This document shows positions 36,225-43,102 of a DNA stretch of 64,000 nucleotides, in pieces; position 1 is the stretch's first letter, and every line of letters begins with the position of its first letter. The notes under the pieces were generated by a model. It worked only from the letters and a program-made list of their open reading frames with translations. It was not told the DNA's origin and did no database searches. Source of the DNA: Candidatus Nanopelagicales bacterium (GTDB taxonomy: Bacteria > Actinomycetota > Actinomycetes > S36-B12 > UBA10799). The stretch covers positions 89,057 to 153,056 of the forward strand of contig JBAYVO010000001.1 in the NCBI GenBank assembly GCA_041674545.1. The letters are read 5' to 3'. The position numbers were made by a program, and so were the translations under genes.

Positions 36225-37037
36225 TCAGCACCAGCCCCAGTACTTCTTCAGCGTGTCGATGACCCACGCATCGATCTTCTGGTAGTCCGGCTTCTCCGGG
36301 AGCGGACCGGCACCGGACTTCATCAGATCAAAGATCTCCGCTTCCAGCGCTTCCGCGCGACCCAGAGCTTCCTGCTTGGTGTACTTACCCACACGAAGGT
36401 CCCGGATCCAGGTGAGATCCGGTTCCGGGATCGGAAGCGTGATCGAACCGGTCTTGAGCAGCTCCACGCCCTGCACGCCGAGACGCACCATGTGCCCCGC
36501 GAACTTCGTATCGAAACCGTACTGCTCCCTGATATCCGCACGGCCCTGGTTGCGAGTACCGCCCGAGCGCAGGCCCAGCAGACCCTCACGCTGCGAACGC
36601 AGATATCCCGCGTACTTGAACCCGTTGCTCCGCGAAAGAAAAAGATGCCGGTTCTCTCGCAGCGAGCGGCCCCACTGATTTGCAAACAGCACATGCTCCT
36701 GGGGGACAAACAGCGGAAGCTGCATTGTCGGATTCCCCTGTGCCACCAGATCGACATAATGCCGAAGATTGTAAGCAACAAAGTCCAGGTCACCCGGACC
36801 GGAGCACACACCCTCGGGCTTGGTGCGCCAGGTGTACGTCTTGGTGTTCACCGACCCCAGAACCTGACGAGGGTGCTCCAGCCACACACCCATCTCATCG
36901 CGGTCGTCGGTTCCCTCGATCGACGTGCCATGCACACCCGAGCCCGCCAGCACGCGCAGGATCATGCCCTCGCGTGCGACCTTCTGGCGCGGGCTGTCCG
37001 GAAGGATCGGAATAACTTCGTTGAATTTAGCGCTCAC
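36225..37037 (-). CDS. Pol-beta-superfamily nucleotidyltransferase (predicted)
   Basis: LAGSGVHGTSIEGTDDRDEMGV fits the G-S-x9-13-D-x-D NTase motif. 270 aa. Confidence 0.6.
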   Translation of the reverse strand: MSAKFNEVIPILPDSPRQKVAREGMILRVLAGSGVHGTSIEGTDDRDEMGVWLEHPRQVLGSVNTKTYTWRTKPEGVCSGPGDLDFVAYNLRHYVDLVAQGNPTMQLPLFVPQEHVLFANQWGRSLRENRHLFLSRSNGFKYAGYLRSQREGLLGLRSGGTRNQGRADIREQYGFDTKFAGHMVRLGVQGVELLKTGSITLPIPEPDLTWIRDLRVGKYTKQEALGRAEALEAEIFDLMKSGAGPLPEKPDYQKIDAWVIDTLKKYWGWC

Positions 37038-37052
37038 GTAAATCTTCTACTC
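37035..37052 (-). repeat. Start-associated junction motif copy (degenerate)
   Basis: Minus strand GAGTAGAAGATTTACGTG, with the same 9-nt TAG-to-start spacing. Precedes the nucleotidyltransferase gene. Confidence 0.5.
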
Positions 37053-37515
37053 ATTCCTTAGGAGGATCGCAGAACTCCGGAGGCGGGTCCGTCACCCACG
37101 CCGGAGTGATATCCCGGTCCTCGAACTGAGGATTGCGCGTCCACACGCCGCCGGGCTTACGCTCCCACGCCTGCTCGATGTAGCACCCGACCGACGACAT
37201 CGACTCGCCCGCACCACGACACTCATGCCACGGCGGATCACCGTAGCGGAAGTTCTCCGTCAGGTAATCGAGGTTCCACTCCGGCGGAAGCTCATCGCCT
37301 TCACGGAAGCTCCGGTACCGGTCATAGCGTGTCCAGCCCTCACCGACCGACATGCGCAGAGCACACGCCTGACACTCGATGCGAGCCAGCACGGCCCACG
37401 TGTCGTAGACGCCCAGCATCCGAGGATGGAAAGCCGCGTAACGCGGAACCCCGTAGCCATCGTGCCACAACGGGGTTCCGGCAATCTCGCGAATATCCTG
37501 ATAGTCAGGAAGCAT
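37051..37515 (-). CDS. Hypothetical protein (154 aa)
   Basis: Start is preceded by a junction motif copy (37513-37530). Confidence 0.6.
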   Translation of the reverse strand: MLPDYQDIREIAGTPLWHDGYGVPRYAAFHPRMLGVYDTWAVLARIECQACALRMSVGEGWTRYDRYRSFREGDELPPEWNLDYLTENFRYGDPPWHECRGAGESMSSVGCYIEQAWERKPGGVWTRNPQFEDRDITPAWVTDPPPEFCDPPKE

Positions 37516-37530
37516 GTCAGAGTCCTACCC
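37513..37530 (-). repeat. Start-associated junction motif copy
   Basis: Minus strand GGGTAGGACTCTGACATG. Confidence 0.8.
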
Positions 37531-37965
37531 CGGGAGAAGACGCCTTGAGAACAAGTCCTTCAGCTCAAGGCGCGCCTGCGCTTTCCACTGCTCCTCGGTG
37601 CACGGGGAATACTCACCCCACACCTTCTGACCGAGCAGCCGACAATCGTAGTCCGCCTCGGTGGGATCGTTGTCGATCGAATAGCCCTCCCGCTCCTGAT
37701 AGCTCGGAGCGGGATCCCGGAACGGGCAGTCAGGACAGAACGAACCCGGACCGTAGTCCGGGGACATCGTCGAACCGTTGAGCAGCCACTGCAAAGCCGG
37801 ATAGAAATGCTCGTCAGCAGAGTCCGCCATCTCAGCGAGAGTATCGCCGTAGAGAGACAGCGTGCACTCAGAGCACGACAGTCCCCAAAACACCTGACCG
37901 GTGTAACGGCGGTAGGAACGCAGCTTCGAGCGGTGCACCAACGGCATCGCCCCGCGCTCAGACAT
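37525..37965 (-). CDS. Cys-rich hypothetical protein (146 aa)
   Basis: ORF on the coding strand. Its TAG stop lies inside a junction motif. Confidence 0.55.
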   Translation of the reverse strand: MSERGAMPLVHRSKLRSYRRYTGQVFWGLSCSECTLSLYGDTLAEMADSADEHFYPALQWLLNGSTMSPDYGPGSFCPDCPFRDPAPSYQEREGYSIDNDPTEADYDCRLLGQKVWGEYSPCTEEQWKAQARLELKDLFSRRLLPG

Positions 37966-38158
37966 CAGAAAGTCCCGGAACCTTTACGCCCCAGCACCTA
38001 GCTACCTTGCGAAGCACCGTCGTCGCATAAATGACGGACTCCTGCGTGTTGTACCCCGCCTGCGAGTAAATACGAATCAGATGATGAACTGCCTCGTGGA
38101 GAGCGTCTTCATCCACCGAAACCGGCAGACACACCATGACATCCTCGACGTTCTCCAC
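37958..38158 (-). CDS. Hypothetical protein (66 aa)
   Basis: Start moved to GTG 38158, with GGAGG 8 nt upstream, just after the upstream TAG. Confidence 0.45.
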   Translation of the reverse strand: MENVEDVMVCLPVSVDEDALHEAVHHLIRIYSQAGYNTQESVIYATTVLRKVARCWGVKVPGLSDV

Positions 38159-38160
38159 GA

Positions 38161-38364
38161 CTACACCTCCGGAGGGAACGCCACGTCCCAACACGACGGG
38201 CAGATACCTGACATCAGCTGCTCACGACGGTCCACACTCAGATCACTCAGAGCTTCCTGAATATGTGCACCGTGCTTCCACCGGTTGTACCCGATCTGAT
38301 CGACCTCGAACTCGTCGACCTTGTGACACGTCGGGCACTCGGAACTTACCAACAATACGGACAT
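38161..38364 (-). CDS. Zn-ribbon protein (CPTC...CPSC)
   Basis: 67 aa with two CxxC pairs. TGACATG junction. Confidence 0.55.
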   Translation of the reverse strand: MSVLLVSSECPTCHKVDEFEVDQIGYNRWKHGAHIQEALSDLSVDRREQLMSGICPSCWDVAFPPEV

Positions 38365-38365
38365 G

Positions 38366-38695
38366 TCACTTACCCACCGGACGCTTGCCTCCGCAAAACT
38401 GATCCCACTCGGTCATCCGCAGCAGCGGCGTCGCGCCACCACCGCTGTCGCTACGGCCCGACGACGGCGTGGCGAAACCCAGGCCATCGACACACACCTT
38501 GGCGATGTTCGGGTACAGGTCTGCGTTGCGATACACCTCGATGTAGTCCACGTCGCTAACCACATCGACCGGAGAGCCCTCGTGGCCGCCCCGGTCACCG
38601 AGCTGCTCCGCACACCCGGTCAGCAGCGCGAGCGACAGCCCAGCGCCGACCAGAACACCCACAACACGCTTAGTCCTCACGGGGATCCCTTTCAC
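38366..38695 (-). CDS. Lipoprotein
   Basis: Signal peptide with lipobox: VLVGAGLSLALLTGC. GTG 38695 is preceded by a variant junction motif. Confidence 0.7.
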   Translation of the reverse strand: MKGIPVRTKRVVGVLVGAGLSLALLTGCAEQLGDRGGHEGSPVDVVSDVDYIEVYRNADLYPNIAKVCVDGLGFATPSSGRSDSGGGATPLLRMTEWDQFCGGKRPVGK

Positions 38696-38710
38696 AACGA
38701 AGTTCTACCG
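38693..38710 (-). repeat. Start-associated junction motif copy (variant, GTG start)
   Basis: Minus strand CGGTAGAACTTCGTTGTG. Precedes the lipoprotein gene. Confidence 0.6.
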
Positions 38711-38860
38711 GGGACGACGCTTCTTGCGGTCGACCACAACAGGCTTAGCAATGCTCAAAATATGCTCAGAAAACTCGCACCCGGGACGGGCGCAGTACCG
38801 CATGCTGCGCTGGGTCAGAAACTTGCCGTGACCACACTCAGGGCATTTCCATGCGCTCAC
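38705..38860 (-). CDS. Zn-ribbon mini-protein (51 aa)
   Basis: GAGGAG RBS, then GTG 38860. Contains KCPECGHGKF...YCARPGCEF. The track's 139-aa version overlaps the exonuclease gene. Confidence 0.5.
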   Translation of the reverse strand: MSAWKCPECGHGKFLTQRSMRYCARPGCEFSEHILSIAKPVVVDRKKRRPR

Positions 38861-38870
38861 GGCACACTCC

Positions 38871-39374
38871 TCAGCGGTCGCCTTCGAGCAGCCGCTCGAA
38901 CGCCTCGACGTTGCCCTTCGCATCGTTGACCGGGTTATGGTCATGCGGGGTCCGACGGTACTTCTTCCATCCCTGCGTGTTCGGGAAGTTGTCCTTGAGC
39001 CCGGCGTAGTAGTCCGAGATCCGACGGCCCGAGTGCCCGAACGGGTTGTCCCGATCAGCACGGTCGAACATGCCCGCGATCCACATGAAGTCGTAGGCAG
39101 GGTTGTCCGACACCAGCACCGCACGCGAACCCTCGGGAAGCACGTTCAGCAGCCACAAGCCGAGATCGATCGACACCTCCTCGTCGGAGGCGACGCGCTC
39201 ACCCACCACGGGAATCGCCGGATTCTCCGGATCCGGGTACGACTCGAACAGCCGACCGTGGAAAGTCTCTCGCGAGGTGAAGTGCACACACCCGAACTCG
39301 GTCAGCGTGCCGTTCACCGGAGACCGGCCCCGCGCTTCGCAGTCTACGAAAATCAGCTTGTCCAGGTATGCCAT
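38871..39374 (-). CDS. DEDDh (DnaQ-like) 3'-5' exonuclease
   Basis: Exo I FVDCEA, Exo II LVSDNPAYDFMW, Exo III HDHNPVNDAKG (H-x4-D). Confidence 0.7.
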   Translation of the reverse strand: MAYLDKLIFVDCEARGRSPVNGTLTEFGCVHFTSRETFHGRLFESYPDPENPAIPVVGERVASDEEVSIDLGLWLLNVLPEGSRAVLVSDNPAYDFMWIAGMFDRADRDNPFGHSGRRISDYYAGLKDNFPNTQGWKKYRRTPHDHNPVNDAKGNVEAFERLLEGDR

Positions 39375-39389
39375 GTCAGTGTTCTACCC
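39372..39389 (-). repeat. Start-associated junction motif copy
   Basis: Minus strand GGGTAGAACACTGACATG. The upstream gene stops at TGA 39391-39393, so this TAG is not a used stop. Confidence 0.8.
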
Positions 39390-39390
39390 G

Positions 39391-39663
39391 TCAGAAAAGA
39401 ACTTTGATGATCCGGGCCAGACACACACCCGGAGGCGGCGAGGGGTTCAGCACGACCACGCGGGCCTCAGACGGGTTGTGCCGGAACGAATTCGCGGGCA
39501 CCAGCACCCAATTGCCCACTCGCGTCGACGTGGGCGCCAGGTAGGTGTAAACCCGGCCCAGCGGGTCGAACTGCACACCGACGGTGAAGTCTTCCTCCGC
39601 CGACGCCATGAACGACACGATCTCCGTATCAGAGATCGTCAGCTCTTCAACGTTGGTAACCAT
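39391..39663 (-). CDS. Hypothetical protein (90 aa)
   Basis: Start is preceded by a junction motif copy (39661-39678). Confidence 0.55.
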   Translation of the reverse strand: MVTNVEELTISDTEIVSFMASAEEDFTVGVQFDPLGRVYTYLAPTSTRVGNWVLVPANSFRHNPSEARVVVLNPSPPPGVCLARIIKVLF

Positions 39664-39678
39664 GTAGGTGTCCTACCC
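39661..39678 (-). repeat. Start-associated junction motif copy
   Basis: Minus strand GGGTAGGACACCTACATG. The upstream gene stops at TGA 39681-39683. Confidence 0.8.
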
Positions 39679-39680
39679 GG

Positions 39681-39914
39681 TCAGTACGCAGTGCCCTGGA
39701 TGTCCAGCCGATGGTCCTCCAGCAGCCGCACACGCTCGCGGAACGAATCGATCGCCGCCTCCACGGTCAGCTCCACCTCGTCAGCGACCAGGGCGTCCGC
39801 AATCTCCTGCAGCTCCCAGCACTCGACGATGATGTCCCACCCATCCTCGTGGTAGCGATGCTCGGCGTAGGCGTAGACAAACTTCGCCAGCTCCATGGGG
39901 GTGTGCTCAGCCAC
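39681..39914 (-). CDS. Hypothetical acidic protein (77 aa)
   Basis: ORF on the coding strand with an 8-nt overlap onto the upstream gene. Confidence 0.5.
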   Translation of the reverse strand: MAEHTPMELAKFVYAYAEHRYHEDGWDIIVECWELQEIADALVADEVELTVEAAIDSFRERVRLLEDHRLDIQGTAY

Positions 39915-40161
39915 GATTCCTCTTCACCCTGTGCGAATCCAACATTTCGCGGTGCTGCTCAGTCCACCAAGCGCGGAACTCACGTGACACCCGCAGAGTC
40001 TCGCCGGTAAAGGCGAAATACCTAGCCTGCTCCCACGTCGGAAAAGCCCAGCCCCGAGACGAACCAACCGGCCGCACGTGCCAAGGCCACGCAGCCGCCT
40101 CCGGAGTGCCGTAACCCTTCTGACCCGGGCGAATCTTGAAAACCTCACACCGCCTAGTCAC
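39907..40161 (-). CDS. Hypothetical basic Trp-rich protein (84 aa)
   Basis: ORF on the coding strand with 8-nt overlaps on both sides. Confidence 0.5.
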   Translation of the reverse strand: MTRRCEVFKIRPGQKGYGTPEAAAWPWHVRPVGSSRGWAFPTWEQARYFAFTGETLRVSREFRAWWTEQHREMLDSHRVKRNRG

Positions 40162-40630
40162 GACGATCCACCTTGTACGTGAAACGCTGCGTCGTACGGA
40201 AATACGCCACAGCCTTCATCATCTCCAGCGCCTGATCCAGATCAACGTGAGCACCCTCCCAGAACGGAGTGCCCATCTGCTCCAGGAGCATCTCGTCCTC
40301 CCCCTCGGGCAGCGGCCACACCCGGAACCGGCCCTCGCGGTCCACGAGCATCATTGCCGCCGCAGGAACAGGAAACGACTGCTCCGCCATCACGCACTCT
40401 CCCGAGAGGTGCGCACCAGATCCCGCGTCGCCAACTTGCCCACGCCCAGCGCCAGCAACAGCCCACCCAGAAACACCGAAACCACCCAGAACGTCAGCCC
40501 GAAGTCCAGCAACGCCCCCGATGAGCGCCACCGCGAACAGCCCCACCCGGATCACCAGACGCAGCACCAGCGTGACCAGCTCATCGAGCGAACGCAGCAG
40601 CGCCTCTTCGCCACTCACCTCAGGCATCAT
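40154..40630 (-). CDS. Hypothetical protein with an N-terminal TM segment (158 aa)
   Basis: Start moved to ATG 40630 (ATGA overlap). Contains LVTLVLRLVIRVGLFAVALIGGVAGL. Confidence 0.5.
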   Translation of the reverse strand: MMPEVSGEEALLRSLDELVTLVLRLVIRVGLFAVALIGGVAGLRADVLGGFGVSGWAVAGAGRGQVGDAGSGAHLSGECVMAEQSFPVPAAAMMLVDREGRFRVWPLPEGEDEMLLEQMGTPFWEGAHVDLDQALEMMKAVAYFRTTQRFTYKVDRRD

Positions 40631-40833
40631 GCACTCCCGAACTGGAACGAAATGAAGCACTCGTCCTCACCGGGAATGAATCCCAGCTCATCGAGCCGAG
40701 CCAACTCCTCAGAAGAGAACAGGCCCGGATCCACGCACACGGTCAGCACGTCATGCTCGCAATGCGTAGGCGACGAAGGGTTAGCGCGCGTACGCATCAG
40801 CAGCAGGATCCCAAGAAGCGCAAGATCGATCAT
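40627..40833 (-). CDS. Hypothetical protein (68 aa)
   Basis: ORF on the coding strand. No motif recognised. Confidence 0.45.
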   Translation of the reverse strand: MIDLALLGILLLMRTRANPSSPTHCEHDVLTVCVDPGLFSSEELARLDELGFIPGEDECFISFQFGSA

Positions 40834-40839
40834 CCATCA

Positions 40840-41055
40840 CTACACCCCAAAGATCATGGTCGTCGCCGGAACACCGGTCAGACCCGTCACGACCAGCGCA
40901 ACCGCGACCGAGCCGATCAACAGCAGCCCGACCGCAGGAAGACACCCGATCTCGCCACCGGAGTCGCGGCGGGCCAGCAGGAAAATCACCGCCACTTCGG
41001 CCAGCGCGAGCACTACACCGCAGATCAGCGCGGTCAACTGGATAGCAGGACTCAT
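40840..41055 (-). CDS. Small membrane protein (3 TM)
   Basis: 71 aa, hydrophobic throughout. Start is preceded by a junction motif copy (41053-41070). Confidence 0.55.
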   Translation of the reverse strand: MSPAIQLTALICGVVLALAEVAVIFLLARRDSGGEIGCLPAVGLLLIGSVAVALVVTGLTGVPATTMIFGV

Positions 41056-41070
41056 GTAGCACTCCTACCC
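41053..41070 (-). repeat. Start-associated junction motif copy
   Basis: Minus strand GGGTAGGAGTGCTACATG. Confidence 0.75.
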
Positions 41071-41223
41071 GAGCAACTTGATCAGTCCCTGCTCAATCAA
41101 CTCATCGAGCAGTGCATCCGCAGACTGCAGGCGCAGATCCGCAGTCAGGTAATCCGGCGGGAAGTAGCTCTCGATCAACGCCACCGCGCATTCACGAACC
41201 GTAAAACCCGAGTAATCAGACAT
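41065..41223 (-). CDS. Hypothetical protein (52 aa) MSDYSGFTVRECAVALIESYF...
   Basis: Below the track cutoff. Bracketed by two junction motif copies; its TAG stop lies inside the downstream copy. Confidence 0.5.
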   Translation of the reverse strand: MSDYSGFTVRECAVALIESYFPPDYLTADLRLQSADALLDELIEQGLIKLLG

Positions 41224-41404
41224 GTCGGTGTCCTACCCGGTAAAGGTCGGGAACGGCCTGATGGAACCCGCGCCACTTCCGGCACCGCGCCGGGAGATGC
41301 TCCACCCAGATACCCGGACCAAAAAACTCCCAAAGAACTCCATCCAGCACGAACACCAGACGGGTGCAGTTCTCGCACGGATCGCAATCATCGAAGTTGC
41401 TCAC
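41216..41404 (-). CDS. Hypothetical Cys-containing protein (62 aa)
   Basis: GTGA overlap at its start. Its 3' end reads through a motif copy. Confidence 0.45.
   Translation of the reverse strand: MSNFDDCDPCENCTRLVFVLDGVLWEFFGPGIWVEHLPARCRKWRGFHQAVPDLYRVGHRHV
41221..41238 (-). repeat. Start-associated junction motif copy
   Basis: Minus strand GGGTAGGACACCGACATG. Confidence 0.8.
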
Positions 41405-41601
41405 TTGCCGAACACCTTTCGATACAACCGCGCCGCCATGTCAGAGACATTGACGTAAATCAACGCCTGGGCGTAGTCGGTATTCTGCGACGCCGGGCGG
41501 GTGAGCAGATCCTCCGGGATGGGCTGATCCGACAGCTCCTGCGCGTACACCTCGTGGATGTCAGACTCATCGACCAGCTGCAGCAGCCACTTGTATCCCA
41601 T
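41401..41601 (-). CDS. Hypothetical protein (66 aa)
   Basis: Start is preceded by a junction motif copy (41599-41616). Confidence 0.5.
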   Translation of the reverse strand: MGYKWLLQLVDESDIHEVYAQELSDQPIPEDLLTRPASQNTDYAQALIYVNVSDMAARLYRKVFGK

Positions 41602-41616
41602 GTCAGGGTTCTACCC
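41599..41616 (-). repeat. Start-associated junction motif copy
   Basis: Minus strand GGGTAGAACCCTGACATG. Confidence 0.8.
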
Positions 41617-41793
41617 CTCCGACGCCTCTTCCCACTCTGCGTAGGAATCGAACAGCGACGGACCCTCACCCGGGAAATCCAGGCCGATGACCGGACCCTC
41701 CACCGAACCATCCGGGCGGATGATGCGCACAATCGTGTACCAGCGATGCACGTCGAACTCGACACGGTCAATCGGACCCTCAATAATCTTCAT
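41611..41793 (-). CDS. Hypothetical protein (60 aa)
   Basis: Start is preceded by a junction motif copy (41791-41808). Confidence 0.5.
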   Translation of the reverse strand: MKIIEGPIDRVEFDVHRWYTIVRIIRPDGSVEGPVIGLDFPGEGPSLFDSYAEWEEASEG

Positions 41794-41808
41794 GTCAGAG
41801 TTCTACCC
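41791..41808 (-). repeat. Start-associated junction motif copy
   Basis: Minus strand GGGTAGAACTCTGACATG. The upstream gene stops at TGA 41795-41797 in another frame. Confidence 0.8.
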
Positions 41809-42130
41809 TAGAGGTGTAGCGATACGCCTGACGCATACGAACTTCCACATTCAGTCGAATGTCAATACGCTGCTGCATAGACGGATAAGAATACTTACCG
41901 CTCATGCCTCTAAAAGTAGTCATCGCAACAGACTGCACCGGAGAGGGGCCCGGAGTAGCGGCCTCCAAATAATTTCCCTTGCGGCTCACGACAGCGTCGA
42001 GCTTCTTACTCCTAGTGACGGCCCAGTCCAAGGCGTCCGCAGCCTCATCAACGCTGACCTGCCACAACACCGCAGCCGCGACCAGTAGGTCACAGGTGCG
42101 GGCAACACGCTCATCTCCCCAACGAGTCAT
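41795..42130 (-). CDS. Hypothetical protein (111 aa)
   Basis: Start is preceded by a junction motif copy (42128-42145). Confidence 0.55.
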   Translation of the reverse strand: MTRWGDERVARTCDLLVAAAVLWQVSVDEAADALDWAVTRSKKLDAVVSRKGNYLEAATPGPSPVQSVAMTTFRGMSGKYSYPSMQQRIDIRLNVEVRMRQAYRYTSRVEL

Positions 42131-42145
42131 GTCAGGGTCCTACCC
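42128..42145 (-). repeat. Start-associated junction motif copy
   Basis: Minus strand GGGTAGGACCCTGACATG. The TAG is the stop of the EndoVII gene. Confidence 0.8.
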
Positions 42146-42973
42146 GTCCAGCGAGGACCGCGCGTGGCGGAGGATGTACTCGTCGAACGCCGCTCCGGAA
42201 ATGTTCATAGTCTCCAACCGACCTAATGTGGTGTTACAGCTGAAACACAGCAGCTGACGAAGACACAAACCGCAGGACTGCCGACCCGGACAACACGCGT
42301 GGTCGTGATCCACAGCCAACCGACGATCACCCGGCGAAGCCCCACAAATGGCACAAACCCACCCCTGAGCATCCGCCATACGTTCATAATCTTCAACAGT
42401 AAGTTTATACAAAAACCAAATTCTACTTACCCAAACCTGATCTAAATAAAGCTCACGCTGATCGTCAGTCATAGAGTCATAACGAACTTTACGTTCAATT
42501 TTACGACAAACTCGGCATACGACCTGATATCCAGATTCGACCGTCTGGTCTTCATAAAAACTAAGCACAGGCTTGCTCTCACCACAGGTAAGACACACCC
42601 GGACGCCATCGACAACCGGGTTTTCCTGATCCTTGATCGAAGGAAGTACATAGTCCGGACCACGCCACTTCTCCGCCTGCTTGGCGTTGGCCTTGCGCTG
42701 CAGCGCGCGGGCACACGGGAGACAGCGTCCGGTAAGACGCCTACCCTCACCGCGATTCTTCTTCACCAGCTGCGCCAGCTCCATCGGAAGCTTCTCCCGG
42801 CACTGCGTGCAGGTGAACTCCGGATCCTCAGGCGTGAGGCCACGGTTGGGCTGACGCTCAGACGGCGTCTGCTTCATGCCAGGGCGGGGGATACCCGGGC
42901 GCCCGGACCCGGGACGAGGAACTCCCTTCCCACCCTTAGACGGCGGACTGCCAACAAAAACTGCGTCTTCCAC
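42140..42973 (-). CDS. Recombination endonuclease VII-family homing-type endonuclease with N-terminal Zn ribbons
   Basis: LAVDHDHACCPGRQSCGLCLRQLLCFSCNTTLG is the EndoVII signature. Several upstream CxxC pairs. First gene after the capsid terminator, with a low-GC patch. Confidence 0.8.
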   Translation of the reverse strand: MEDAVFVGSPPSKGGKGVPRPGSGRPGIPRPGMKQTPSERQPNRGLTPEDPEFTCTQCREKLPMELAQLVKKNRGEGRRLTGRCLPCARALQRKANAKQAEKWRGPDYVLPSIKDQENPVVDGVRVCLTCGESKPVLSFYEDQTVESGYQVVCRVCRKIERKVRYDSMTDDQRELYLDQVWVSRIWFLYKLTVEDYERMADAQGWVCAICGASPGDRRLAVDHDHACCPGRQSCGLCLRQLLCFSCNTTLGRLETMNISGAAFDEYILRHARSSLDG

Positions 42974-42984
42974 AAAACCTCCAG

Positions 42985-43033
42985 AAACGACTGAGAGGGC
43001 AGAACCCCTTTCACAGGAGTCCTACCCTCTCAG
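42985..43033 (-). terminator. Stem-loop terminator downstream of the major capsid gene
   Basis: Minus strand reads CTGAGAGGGTAGGAC-(13 nt loop)-GTTCTGCCCTCTCAG, a 15-bp stem with two G-U pairs, followed by TCGTTTCTGG. The 5' arm contains a GGGTAGGAC motif copy. Confidence 0.7.
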
Positions 43034-43102
43034 AGGCTAGAAGATTTTGCCAGTGTTTTATTTTGGCCTTCTAGATGACCTTCAGATCAACGTTTCCGCA
43101 GG

